Virus record (IMG/VR): IMGVR_UViG_3300024181_000005
Location: 706-64,705 of that record
Direction: 5' to 3' (one strand)
Origin: a virus
Lineage: Duplodnaviria; Caudoviricetes
DNA: 64,000 nucleotides
Shown here: positions 45,349-54,051 of the stretch, one piece after another
Numbering within the stretch: the stretch's first letter is position 1
Layout of the letters: every line of letters begins with the position of its first letter
Program-made: the position numbers and the translations under genes
The notes under the pieces: model-generated
Databases searched by the model: none
Told to the model about the DNA's origin: nothing
What the model saw: the letters and a program-made list of their open reading frames with translations, nothing else

Positions 45349-46503
45349 TTACTTGACTTCGAAGCCGTTGCCCTGCATGGCTTCGCGGTGGTCTGCGTAC
45401 GGGTCGTTCTTGACGAGCATCGTAGCCGCGTACTCCTGGGCCTCGTGCTTGTCGAGCTCGTCTAGTTGGCAGAAGTCGAACAATGGACAGCGGACGCAAT
45501 CCTCCGTGGGGTGCTTCAGGAGGGGTAGCTTACCCCGCCGTACGAGGTCCATGTGCCTGGCCTCATCGATCACCTTCTGGCCCTGGTTGACACGCTGTTC
45601 GAGCCCGCGTCGGGTCGTGTACCGCTCAAACACCGGGCTCGGCTGGACCGCGCGCGGCTCACCGTTAACGGTGAGCCCGAGCTTGCTCGCGATGTCCTTG
45701 AGCATCGGCAGGCTCTCTTTGCCGGTGAGCGCAGGCCCGACCCACGAGCCCGCAGGACCCGGTGCGGGCATCTTCTGGCGCTCCGCCTCGATGGCCTCCT
45801 CGTAGTGCTTGCGCTTCGGCAGGTTGTACCGGATGCCGTCCTCGGCGGTGGGCTGCGGCAGAGCCTTGCGCAGCATGTTGAAGATGATGCCGTCGATGTG
45901 GTCGCGCTTGCCGAGCAACCCCATGTGCCGCAACACTTCTGGCGCGACCCACAGGTACGACCCACCCTGGTCGTTCAGATCGTAGAAGGACCAGTCCTTC
46001 TTGAACTGGGCCCGCGTCTTGTGGTCAACCAGCCGGTACACCTTGTCGACCTTGTCCCAGACGAACAGGTCCCAGGTACCGCAGTAGACGGCAATCAATC
46101 GGCCCGTCTGTGGGTGCCGTACGTCGATCTGAAAAGGCTGCTCGGTGTGCAACACGTGCCAGTGCTGATCAAGGCCGTAGTGCTGCACATAGCCCTTCAG
46201 CATGGCGATGCCCAGCTCGGTCGCATCGTGCACCTCGACGTCGTCGAGTTCGCCGCCCTGCTCGTAGATGCGCCCGGTGTGCTCGCCCACAGCCTCGGTG
46301 AACGCATCGAGCACGTCCGCGATACCTCCGCGCTTGTCCCCGACCGGGTAGCGCACCTCGAGGGCTCTGTGGATGGCGCTCCCAAACCACGACCACGTCG
46401 GCGAACGCTGGCCGCTCAGACCATTGACCCAGTGGTGATACCAGAAGAACTGACACGACTTGAAGTCCGAGCGCTCACTCGTCCTGATCAGCGGGATGGC
46501 CAC
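45349..46503 (-). CDS. Cas4/RecB-like PD-(D/E)xK exonuclease
   Basis: SERSDFKSC, FGSAIHRALE, GTWD...LVDHKT, Q..SY, CVRCPLFDFC. Confidence 0.85.
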   Translation of the reverse strand: MAIPLIRTSERSDFKSCQFFWYHHWVNGLSGQRSPTWSWFGSAIHRALEVRYPVGDKRGGIADVLDAFTEAVGEHTGRIYEQGGELDDVEVHDATELGIAMLKGYVQHYGLDQHWHVLHTEQPFQIDVRHPQTGRLIAVYCGTWDLFVWDKVDKVYRLVDHKTRAQFKKDWSFYDLNDQGGSYLWVAPEVLRHMGLLGKRDHIDGIIFNMLRKALPQPTAEDGIRYNLPKRKHYEEAIEAERQKMPAPGPAGSWVGPALTGKESLPMLKDIASKLGLTVNGEPRAVQPSPVFERYTTRRGLEQRVNQGQKVIDEARHMDLVRRGKLPLLKHPTEDCVRCPLFDFCQLDELDKHEAQEYAATMLVKNDPYADHREAMQGNGFEVK

Positions 46504-46793
46504 GAGGCCCTCACCGGGTCGGTCATGACTTCGTACGTGCTTTCGTCGGACGCGTGCATGAGCCTGCTCTCGGCTCGCGGCAACGTCTGTGCGGTGATGG
46601 TCTGCACCAACCCGCCCGGCATCACCCAGGCGCCATACCACCGCATCGGTACTTCTCGTGCTCGTGCTCGCATAGCTTCTCCTCCATGCGCATAGGGAGA
46701 GGGCCAGCTCGCCCGTCCGCCTGTGGGGTCGGACGTGTGGATGACGCGCTGGCCCTCTTCGCACCGGACCGTGGGTGCCCCGACAGCAGTCAT
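46488..46793 (-). CDS. Hypothetical protein
   Basis: Start uncertain (46793 or 46673). Confidence 0.4.
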   Translation of the reverse strand: MTAVGAPTVRCEEGQRVIHTSDPTGGRASWPSPYAHGGEAMRARAREVPMRWYGAWVMPGGLVQTITAQTLPRAESRLMHASDESTYEVMTDPVRASWPSR

Positions 46794-46868
46794 GGTTCAG
46801 GGCTCCAGCCGTGGAGCGTACGAGACGCGCACGGGACACGACCTACCGCTCTTGGCCTTGCTGCTGCG

Positions 46869-46944
46869 AGGTGGAGGTTGGACTTGAACCAACTGTCTCA
46901 GGCTCCCTGCGCCTGCGCATGACCAAGATCATGCTTTCCCCACC
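46869..46944 (-). ncRNA. tRNA-like element 2 (76-nt cloverleaf, non-canonical D arm and anticodon loop)
   Basis: GGTGGGG/CTCCACC acceptor; GCATGA-TCTTGG-TCATGC; CAGGC-GCAGGGA-GCCTG; AGACA; GTTGG-TTCAAGT-CCAAC; trailer T-CGCA. Confidence 0.75.
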
Positions 46945-46947
46945 GTG

Positions 46948-46970
46948 CCGGGAAGCCTTGCGGCTCCCGG
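46948..46970 (-). terminator. Hairpin terminator with GCAA loop
   Basis: CCGGGAGCC-GCAA-GGCTTCCCGG just after gene 46976..47503. Confidence 0.65.
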
Positions 46971-46975
46971 TTCTA

Positions 46976-47503
46976 TCAGAAGGGCGCCTTGCGGGAGCGC
47001 GTCGGCTTGGCCTCCGCCGGGGCGGCCTCGGGCTCGGCCGCCGGAGTGGTCGCTGCGGTACCGCGCCGACGCGACCGGGTACGGGTGGTCTCGACCGGGG
47101 CCTCGGTCTCCTGAACCGGCTCGGCCGCCGCCTTGGCCGCCCGGGTACGCCGCGCGGGCTTCGCCTCGGGCTCGGCCGCCGCCGGGGCGGGCTCGGCTGC
47201 CTTGGCCGCCGCACGAGCGCTGGCCCGCTCGGCCTTGTCGGCGTCGGCCTTCTCGCGAGCGGCCTCCTGCCGGTCGAGCGCGTCCTGGTAGTCCTGGCTG
47301 GCCCGGAACTCCCGACGCGTGGTCTGTGCGAGGTACAGGGCCTCGGGGTCGATGGTGACGTTGTATTCGGCCTTGATCCACGCGGCGTGGGCCAGGCTGA
47401 GCTCCGAGGGGCCCCGCTTCTGCGAGACGGTTTCCTCGGCCTGCACGGGCTCCGGCTCCGGCGTGGGGACCGGGGCTGCGGTCCGACGGGTACGTGCGGG
47501 CAT
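46976..47503 (-). CDS. Ala/Pro/Arg-rich protein (possible nucleoid/DNA-binding)
   Basis: Short helical core plus low-complexity basic tails; AAGGAG RBS. Confidence 0.7.
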   Translation of the reverse strand: MPARTRRTAAPVPTPEPEPVQAEETVSQKRGPSELSLAHAAWIKAEYNVTIDPEALYLAQTTRREFRASQDYQDALDRQEAAREKADADKAERASARAAAKAAEPAPAAAEPEAKPARRTRAAKAAAEPVQETEAPVETTRTRSRRRGTAATTPAAEPEAAPAEAKPTRSRKAPF

Positions 47504-47599
47504 GTCTTCTCCTTGATCGGTGTGCTGTGCGACCTGACCATCATGTCAGGTCACTGCGGTGATTGCCTTACGCTCTCGGTCTTTCTTGTCGTCCAGTCA

Positions 47600-47854
47600 C
47601 TAGATGCGGCGACCGCGCACCCGACGGCGCCCCGGCGCCATCGCCCCGAACCGCACGCGGCCCAGCACGGGCCCGTCCTGCGGAGGAGAGGGGGTCGGAG
47701 GTTCGGGGGTCACCATCGGTGGCCACAGCGCGGGCTCGGTGGCTGTGTGCCCTTGTGCTCGGCGTAGAGCCAGCCACCACCGCAGGCCAGCCGTAACGCC
47801 CAGAAACAGCGCAGGCGTCGTCATGAGGCCCGCAACATACGCCGCTACGACCAT
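47600..47854 (-). CDS. Membrane protein
   Basis: N-terminal TM, Pro-rich tail. Confidence 0.55.
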   Translation of the reverse strand: MVVAAYVAGLMTTPALFLGVTAGLRWWLALRRAQGHTATEPALWPPMVTPEPPTPSPPQDGPVLGRVRFGAMAPGRRRVRGRRI

Positions 47855-48147
47855 GACCCGAACACCCCGTATCGCTTCTGCCCACAGGCACACATGTCAG
47901 TGTGTGCGAGACCGCGCATAATGCTGCACACCTGCGGTCGGTGGACGTGCAGGCCATTGCTGTGCGAGGCGTCCTGCCGATGCCACACCACGTTGCCGTT
48001 GTGAATCTCGTACAGCTCCCACCGACCGTCGTGAAGCTGCGGGTCGTGATACTTCGGCCGCCAGTTGGCGTCGGCCCATGCGAGGGCGCCGAACACGCTG
48101 AGCACGACCAGTGCGAGTCCCCCGAGGACCCCGGTTACCACGATCAT
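47845..48147 (-). CDS. Membrane protein
   Basis: N-terminal TM; C-terminal H..R...C...C.CG. Confidence 0.6.
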   Translation of the reverse strand: MIVVTGVLGGLALVVLSVFGALAWADANWRPKYHDPQLHDGRWELYEIHNGNVVWHRQDASHSNGLHVHRPQVCSIMRGLAHTDMCACGQKRYGVFGSWS

Positions 48148-48446
48148 GACCGAAGCATCTCCTTGGCCGCCCTCTCAGCCTGCACGACACCGCTCAGCAT
48201 GGTCACCTTGTCACGCCACCACTGCGCCCCGCTCAGGGCGCCAGCCAGCCGCAGGTTCTCCCGCTTGATCTTGTCGCGCTGGACCACGTCCGTGATGTTG
48301 CTGCGGTCGAGCCACACGTCAAGCTCGTCATTGGCATCGTTCCGCTTCTTGTCGAACTTGCGAAACTCCACCAGGGCCAGCCGCATATCGCGGAGCACCC
48401 CGAGCAGATAGTCGTTGCCTGGCTGGACGTACGTTTCTCCCGACAT
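48144..48446 (-). CDS. Hypothetical helical protein
   Basis: 100 aa; start at ATG 48446. Confidence 0.65.
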   Translation of the reverse strand: MSGETYVQPGNDYLLGVLRDMRLALVEFRKFDKKRNDANDELDVWLDRSNITDVVQRDKIKRENLRLAGALSGAQWWRDKVTMLSGVVQAERAAKEMLRS

Positions 48447-48447
48447 C

Positions 48448-50484
48448 TCATTCACCTTCCCAGGTGCAGTCGCCGATGTGCCACTGGTGGCGGACCACGC
48501 CACACTCCCGGCATTTGCGGATTTTGCCGTGCGGTCCGCCCTTGAATGACACCTGCGGTTCTGTGCCCTCCGGGCGGTAGAGAGCAAAGTCGCGAACCGT
48601 CTCTAGACCCCGTCGTCCGTCCAACACCTTCAACTGTGCGGCGAGCCCGGCCTCCACATTCTCCGTGATATGCTCGTCGATCGTACCCATGGTCTCGTAC
48701 AGGTAGAACAGCACCTCGTGCGCGCGACCCCGCCGGAAGATGCGACCCCACAACTGCGTGTTCGCCTCGGGCGGGTACATGCGATCGAGCTGGTGCATTT
48801 CCTCGGCCGCGTCGAGCGTGATGCTGACTCCGCCTGCCTGGCTGTTGAGCAGGAACAGCCGGGGTCGCTGGGCCAGGCACCGACCACCGTGCGGCTTGCC
48901 TCGGCCGGTCTGGCAGCCCCGGCAGGTGACGTCGGGCCCGTAGAACACCGGGTCACCCTGAAAGGCGCCCATCATGGCTTCGCGGGCTGTGTCGCTGGTC
49001 TTGCCGTCAAGCCGGTAGTACGTGCGGTTCTCCTTGTCGAGCCTGGCCTCGACCGCATCCAGGAACTCGTTGTACTGGCTCGTGATGACAACCTTGCGGT
49101 CGGGGTCGAGTTGGTCGAGGTGGGCGATGAGCCTGTCGATCTTGCAGGACTCGCCGGTATAGACAACCCTCCCGCCCTCTTTCCGCAGGTGCCCGTTCGC
49201 CAGTTGGCGACACCGGATCATGAAGTCGAGCGGCCCGACCGCGCTGATGATCCCGCCGTCCACCACAAGCTCGGCATTGTCGGCAAACGTCGTGTAGTCC
49301 TTGGCCTGCTTGTATTCCATCTCGCAGGCCACCGTGATCCAGTTCTTGAGGCCTCGGTGTTGCGGGCTGACCTCCTCCATGGTGCGCCGCAGCACACGCG
49401 GGCCCAGCTCGGCGAAGAAGGTAGCCTCGGTGATGCCAGGCTTGAGCCCGCCGACCCGGCGTACCTGCTTCGTCATGCCGCGACCGCCCTTGACGAACAC
49501 CTTGTCGCTCGTAACCTCGAAGAACTTCTCCAGCCAGGCCCATTTGCCCGGGAACTCGTCCGGCCACAGCCAGTGCAGCGTGCCGAACAGAGCGTCGATG
49601 CGGCCACCGTGCCCGAAGGGGGTGGCACTCACGGCCAGCTTGAGGCGGTGCGGCGCGTAGACCAGACTGCGCAGGCCCTCGGCGGCCAGGTTGCCCCTGA
49701 CGACGTCCATGCTGCCCAGCAGTTTGTGACTCTCGTCAACGACAACGGCCGACCATTCTACGTCGTAGAGCTCGGGGTACTCGTACCCGAGGAACTCCTC
49801 CATGCGGCCCCGGGACCGCAGGGCCTTCACCCGCAGCATCTCGGCCACGATGACGAGCGCTTTCCAGGGGCTGCGGTCAGCCATGAAGCCGTCGATGGCC
49901 GCCTCGCGCCGACGACGGGCTCCTCGGGCCAGGTATACCGGCACGTCGGGAGCGTGCTGGGCGAACTCGCGACCCCAGACACTCTTGACGCTGATCTTCG
50001 GGCAGATGATCAATGTCGGGCCGGTGACCTCGGCCTCGATGAGGCCAGCCACCACACCCACGGTCTTACCTGTACCCACCTCATCGGCCAGTAGGCCACC
50101 GCCCCGGTAGGCGTTGCCCATCCAGGCCGCTGTGACCCGCTGGTCGCCGAACAGGTATGCGTTCAGCTCGGGGTATAGGCGAGGCAGCACCCGCAGCTCT
50201 GCGTCGGTCTGAGTGCCGATAGCGGCCTGCGCGCGGGCTTTCGGTAGAGCCTGCCGATACCAGGCACCCAGGTTCTTGTGCACCTGGAGGGTGTCGGCCC
50301 ATACCTCACGCATCTCACGGCACTTGTCGACGGTCAGGGGATACGTCGCTGCGGGCCACTGGTCGCCAGCCTGCCACCGTACCTTGCGACTCGCGCTCAC
50401 CTCTTTCGCAGTCGCGTACCCGTTGTCGTCTCCGACGAACACGACCTTGATCTTCTGGTCGGGCTCCGACAAGAACGCCTGCAT
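48448..50484 (-). CDS. SNF2-family helicase
   Basis: LADEVGTGKT, VVVDESH, SATPF, RLDG, Q..GRIFRRG. Confidence 0.9.
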   Translation of the reverse strand: MQAFLSEPDQKIKVVFVGDDNGYATAKEVSASRKVRWQAGDQWPAATYPLTVDKCREMREVWADTLQVHKNLGAWYRQALPKARAQAAIGTQTDAELRVLPRLYPELNAYLFGDQRVTAAWMGNAYRGGGLLADEVGTGKTVGVVAGLIEAEVTGPTLIICPKISVKSVWGREFAQHAPDVPVYLARGARRRREAAIDGFMADRSPWKALVIVAEMLRVKALRSRGRMEEFLGYEYPELYDVEWSAVVVDESHKLLGSMDVVRGNLAAEGLRSLVYAPHRLKLAVSATPFGHGGRIDALFGTLHWLWPDEFPGKWAWLEKFFEVTSDKVFVKGGRGMTKQVRRVGGLKPGITEATFFAELGPRVLRRTMEEVSPQHRGLKNWITVACEMEYKQAKDYTTFADNAELVVDGGIISAVGPLDFMIRCRQLANGHLRKEGGRVVYTGESCKIDRLIAHLDQLDPDRKVVITSQYNEFLDAVEARLDKENRTYYRLDGKTSDTAREAMMGAFQGDPVFYGPDVTCRGCQTGRGKPHGGRCLAQRPRLFLLNSQAGGVSITLDAAEEMHQLDRMYPPEANTQLWGRIFRRGRAHEVLFYLYETMGTIDEHITENVEAGLAAQLKVLDGRRGLETVRDFALYRPEGTEPQVSFKGGPHGKIRKCRECGVVRHQWHIGDCTWEGE

Positions 50485-50512
50485 GGTAACCTCCCGGCTA
50501 GTAGTGGTGAGA

Positions 50513-50541
50513 ACGCTAGCCCAATGCACCGATGGTCGCAA
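50513..50541 (-). promoter_or_regulatory. SigmaA-like promoter
   Basis: TTGCGA-N17-TAGCGT-TCTC; -35 in GGTC/GACC hairpin loop. Confidence 0.7.
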
Positions 50542-50567
50542 GACCTGCGATGCACTGGAGAGCGTGC

Positions 50568-51326
50568 TCAGCGAATCGTATAGATGGCGTCGACCCGCAC
50601 ACAGCGCGTCGGCCCGCTCATGTTGCGGCCCTCTTTGTCCCGCCCGCCGTACTCGCGGAAGTACAGCACGCGGTCTTTGCCTTCCTCGATGCGGTCCACC
50701 ACGCGCACCCATTGCGGGTCGACGTGCACGCGGGCCTCCTGCTTGACCCAGCGGCCTTCGCCCCACGTCGCGGGGTCCGTCTCGGTCAGACGAGCCATGT
50801 CGATAGCCCACTCGATGGTGCGGCCGACGACCATGGCTTCGACCTCTTCGTCGGTCATGTCGCGCGGAATGACGTGGCCCTCGTTGACCAGCATCTCCTT
50901 GCGGCTCACCACACTCCCGCTGCGCCCGGGGCCCTGCGGCTTCGGTGTGCTGCCCTTGCGCGGCGCGTGACTACGCGGGACCTCGCCTCGGTTGGCCGCC
51001 GCGTACAGGCTGCGTGCCTTGCTGGCCCCACGCTTCGCCTCGGGCTCGCTAGCGCTGGCCGCAGGCCCTGCCAGCCCCAGTTCCTGCCCGATAATCCACC
51101 ATGCCTTGCCCTGGTCGCGCAGGTGCTTCACCCTCGGGCCCAGCTCCTGCGGAGAGGGGGTCGGGGAGGGCTTGCCGACGATGGTGTCGACGTGCGCCTG
51201 GAGCTTGCTCGCGTCGCCTCGGCGAGTACCCGCGATCACACGCTCGGTGGCCTGCGTCACGATGGTCTCAGCCTGCTGGGCGGCTAGCTTGGCGCGGCGT
51301 TGCCTGCGCATCTCGCCGACGCTCAT
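50568..51326 (-). CDS. HTH-containing protein
   Basis: VKHLRDQGKAWWIIGQELGL helix-turn-helix. Confidence 0.7.
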   Translation of the reverse strand: MSVGEMRRQRRAKLAAQQAETIVTQATERVIAGTRRGDASKLQAHVDTIVGKPSPTPSPQELGPRVKHLRDQGKAWWIIGQELGLAGPAASASEPEAKRGASKARSLYAAANRGEVPRSHAPRKGSTPKPQGPGRSGSVVSRKEMLVNEGHVIPRDMTDEEVEAMVVGRTIEWAIDMARLTETDPATWGEGRWVKQEARVHVDPQWVRVVDRIEEGKDRVLYFREYGGRDKEGRNMSGPTRCVRVDAIYTIR

Positions 51327-51559
51327 CGGGTGCTCGCCACGGCAACGCTCACGAGGTACACGACGCCATCGACGGTAACCCGGAAGCTGTCGAGCCCGGT
51401 GTCGAAGTGGGTGAAGCAGTCGGTGACCGACTCGACCTTCTTCTCGATCAGGGTGTCTCCGTCGTACGCCTGCACAACCTCTTCGGTCTCCCGCAGGTCA
51501 TCTAGGTGGTCGGCCAGCTCTTGTGCGAGGCCCTCGGCGATGTACTTCATTGCGGTCAC
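51323..51559 (-). CDS. Hypothetical acidic protein
   Basis: Preceded by ACTACCCGGGAGG motif. Confidence 0.7.
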   Translation of the reverse strand: MTAMKYIAEGLAQELADHLDDLRETEEVVQAYDGDTLIEKKVESVTDCFTHFDTGLDSFRVTVDGVVYLVSVAVASTR

Positions 51560-51588
51560 CCTCCCGGGTAGTAGGTACTGCGGTCAGC

Positions 51589-51942
51589 TTACTCGATGCC
51601 TGTCTCGGTCGCAAGGCGACGGCGGAAAGCGGGAGACTCTTCGTCGTATTCGGACTGCCCGGGATACTCGTCGCCCCAGTGCAGCTCGCCCCGGTACGCA
51701 GGCGGCTCGTGCATGTCGCCTGCGGGACGTCGGCCCTTCGGCTTCACCAGGGGCCGCACGAACCTGTTCTCCTTGTCGCACCGCACGAAGCCCTCCGGCG
51801 TCCGTCGGCGCCACGCCTCGGTGAGCTCGAAGCGCTCGTGGCGATGGCCGAGCGCAGGCTGGCGTCGGCAGACCAGGCACAGTGTGCACCGACCGTACCG
51901 GCGCCCCTTCAAGATGAGGTTCAGGCACCGCGCGTCACGCAT
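51589..51942 (-). CDS. Cys/His-containing hypothetical protein
   Basis: Start re-called at ATG 51942 (ATGCGTGA overlap). Confidence 0.5.
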   Translation of the reverse strand: MRDARCLNLILKGRRYGRCTLCLVCRRQPALGHRHERFELTEAWRRRTPEGFVRCDKENRFVRPLVKPKGRRPAGDMHEPPAYRGELHWGDEYPGQSEYDEESPAFRRRLATETGIE

Positions 51943-52102
51943 CTCTGGCCTGTTCCTGCTCGGCTGTCGGCCCCTGCCAGTGATTGCCAGACCGGTCCAG
52001 GTGGTTGTCATCCTCGTGTTCGGGATGCACGCATCGAGCCGTATAGGGCCACCTACCGGGGTTGTGGCGTGCAGTGCACCGGCCCTCGTTTTTGTCACGC
52101 AT
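51935..52102 (-). CDS. 55-aa Cys/His protein
   Basis: MRDKNEGRCTARH...RCVHPEHEDDNHLDRSGNHW; same ATGCGTGA junction at both ends. Confidence 0.6.
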   Translation of the reverse strand: MRDKNEGRCTARHNPGRWPYTARCVHPEHEDDNHLDRSGNHWQGPTAEQEQARDA

Positions 52103-52628
52103 CGGGGTTCTCCTCTTCCCATCGGTCCATCACCTGCGTACGAACGTCCTCCACGTTCGGTCGGTACGGATTCTGAATCATGGCCAGGATGTAGGCGATG
52201 GCCCGCGCGGCGCCGACATCGTCTTCGGCCGCTGTGTCGGTCATGAGGCGGTCAGTTACCGCCATCATCTCGTCCCAGATCATCTCGTACAGGCTCTTAC
52301 CCCCGCAGGCGCTACCCCCGCTGTTCGCGTAGGCCGCGCGCAGCAGGTCGCTCATCTGGTTAGCCTCTTCCGGGTTGAGCGCACCCAGCTCGATAGCGTG
52401 ATGGCCCGTGCGGTTCACCCCGGCGTACATCGTGCGCTGCTGGCCCGGCTTGCCCTGGGTGCGCACGAACAGCGCACCCGCTTCGTAGAGAGCGCCGGTT
52501 CGCGTCTCGGTGCGCTTCACCTTCGTATATCTCGACATTGCCTGGCCTCTCGCTGTTAGCACATCGCACCCACGTTCGGTCTTCAGGCGGACGGCACACG
52601 CGACGGGGTCCGCCAGCCAGTTACTCAC
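52095..52628 (-). CDS. Hypothetical protein
   Basis: 177 aa ORF; start could be ATG 52538. Confidence 0.6.
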   Translation of the reverse strand: MSNWLADPVACAVRLKTERGCDVLTARGQAMSRYTKVKRTETRTGALYEAGALFVRTQGKPGQQRTMYAGVNRTGHHAIELGALNPEEANQMSDLLRAAYANSGGSACGGKSLYEMIWDEMMAVTDRLMTDTAAEDDVGAARAIAYILAMIQNPYRPNVEDVRTQVMDRWEEENPDA

Positions 52629-52842
52629 CGTACAACTCCCGCCGTCCGAACTCGCGCTCGAAGCACGACGGGTGGTAGAACTCGATGGTGTTGTCGAGCC
52701 GGGCCACCCGCTCGTACTCCTGGCCCGGCAGGATGGTGCCTGCGCCGATCGGGCACTCCTCGCTGCGGCACGAGCGATCGCTGCTCGTACTCGTTCGGGT
52801 GGTCACACCCAGAATGTCCACGGTCCCTGGCTGATGCGCCAT
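52621..52842 (-). CDS. Small zinc-finger-like protein
   Basis: C..EECPI...I.PG..Y...YHPSC; AAGGAGG RBS. Confidence 0.65.
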   Translation of the reverse strand: MAHQPGTVDILGVTTRTSTSSDRSCRSEECPIGAGTILPGQEYERVARLDNTIEFYHPSCFEREFGRRELYGE

Positions 52843-52984
52843 GGCGAGACACCTCCTTCGTCTAGTCGGGGCTGTGTGCTGAGCCTGCCTGCCTAGCCTA
52901 CCCTCGACAGCCCTACGGGCGTGTTCGGGGCTGTACGGGCCAGCCAGGAGGCCCAGACGCTGTGCCTGAGCCTCCCGCTGCATG

Positions 52985-53965
52985 TCAGTTACCAACCTGA
53001 CCGGTGTACGTGCCCCGACCGAGGTTGACGGCGCGTGCCGCTGCGGCCCCGCTCTCGCGACCCCGCTCAGCCGCTGCGCTGTAGTAGTCCCGACCCTTCG
53101 GACGACGACCCATCACGACGCGGTGCTCGCGGCACTTGCCGCTCGACGCCTTGGCGCACTTCGGGCAGGGTGCCTCGGGCGCGGCAGGCTCGACCGCAGC
53201 CTTGGGCCGCATGTCCGGGAAGCGCAGGTAGAACGCCTCGCTGATGCGGTCTTCGCGGCCAGCCAAGACCAGACCCCCGCCCGCCTTCCCCGCAGCATCG
53301 CGTGCCTGGCGAAGCCGCGAGGCGAAGGTCCAGACGAACTGCTCGGAGTATTGCTCGCGGTACGCCGCACCGGTCACGCCCCGCCCGCTGAGCGCAGGCT
53401 GCTCGCCCCGGCTGGCGCACTCGGCCTTGTACAGCCGACCGACGCGAGCCATGAACACCTTGTCGGTGTTCCCCCACATGATGTCGGAGATGCGGACACG
53501 CTCCATGCCCGACGAGCGCAGGCGGTACACGTTCTCCTGGTCGCTCAGCTCGGGGTTGATCTTCGGCTCGAGGCGCTCGGCAAACACCATGCGCGCCTGC
53601 GTGAACAGGAGCTCGGCGTACGCGATGTCGCTCTCATAGCCAACGCCCCGAGCGACCACCGTGCGGCCGAAGTCGACGTTGCTGTAGGAGTACTCGTAGC
53701 GGACCCGGATCCCGGTGTGCGCAGCGATGTTGCCGAACATGGTGAGGTACTGCGCCATGTACGGGCTGGCCCCGCACAGCGTGATGTCGTACGGCATCGG
53801 CAGGACAGCGGTCTCATCCTTGGCGATGAGGTCTTCCTCTTCGATGCGGTACTTGACCATCAGCTCCTCGGCCTTGGCCCGGTACGCGGCCTCCTCGGCG
53901 GGGAACGTGGTGGCCTCGGCCTTGTCGAGCAGCGCGCGAACAGTGGCCATCTTCGATGAAGTCAT
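52985..53965 (-). CDS. DUF2786-domain protein
   Basis: VRALLDKAEATTFPAEEAAYRAKAEELMVKYRI N-terminus. Confidence 0.8.
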   Translation of the reverse strand: MTSSKMATVRALLDKAEATTFPAEEAAYRAKAEELMVKYRIEEEDLIAKDETAVLPMPYDITLCGASPYMAQYLTMFGNIAAHTGIRVRYEYSYSNVDFGRTVVARGVGYESDIAYAELLFTQARMVFAERLEPKINPELSDQENVYRLRSSGMERVRISDIMWGNTDKVFMARVGRLYKAECASRGEQPALSGRGVTGAAYREQYSEQFVWTFASRLRQARDAAGKAGGGLVLAGREDRISEAFYLRFPDMRPKAAVEPAAPEAPCPKCAKASSGKCREHRVVMGRRPKGRDYYSAAAERGRESGAAAARAVNLGRGTYTGQVGN

Positions 53966-54002
53966 TGCGACCCTCCCGGGTAGTGGTTGTGCTGTTGAGA
54001 GA

Positions 54003-54032
54003 ACTCTAGCAGAGCAGGGTGCCCCGGGGTAA
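54003..54032 (-). promoter_or_regulatory. SigmaA-like promoter within hairpin
   Basis: TTACCC-N18-TAGAGT-TCTC; 9-bp stem GCCCCGGGG/CCCCGGGGC around the -35. Confidence 0.65.
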
Positions 54033-54051
54033 CCCCCGGGGCCTCCCGAAA

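Noticed and set aside
45349-46503. Cas4-like gene as evidence of CRISPR-Cas
   Set aside because: Solo phage exonuclease within a Sak4/SSB recombination module; no array or other cas genes
47531-47552. 8-bp inverted repeat GACCTGAC-N6-GTCAGGTC upstream of gene 46976..47503
   Set aside because: Single occurrence; could be an operator but no second copy or supporting evidence
9258-50811. ORF-track extended starts (e.g. 10643, 20152, 34772, 39110, 46839, 50811, 59125)
   Set aside because: They overlap upstream genes and lack RBS; downstream starts with SD or stop/start coupling were preferred
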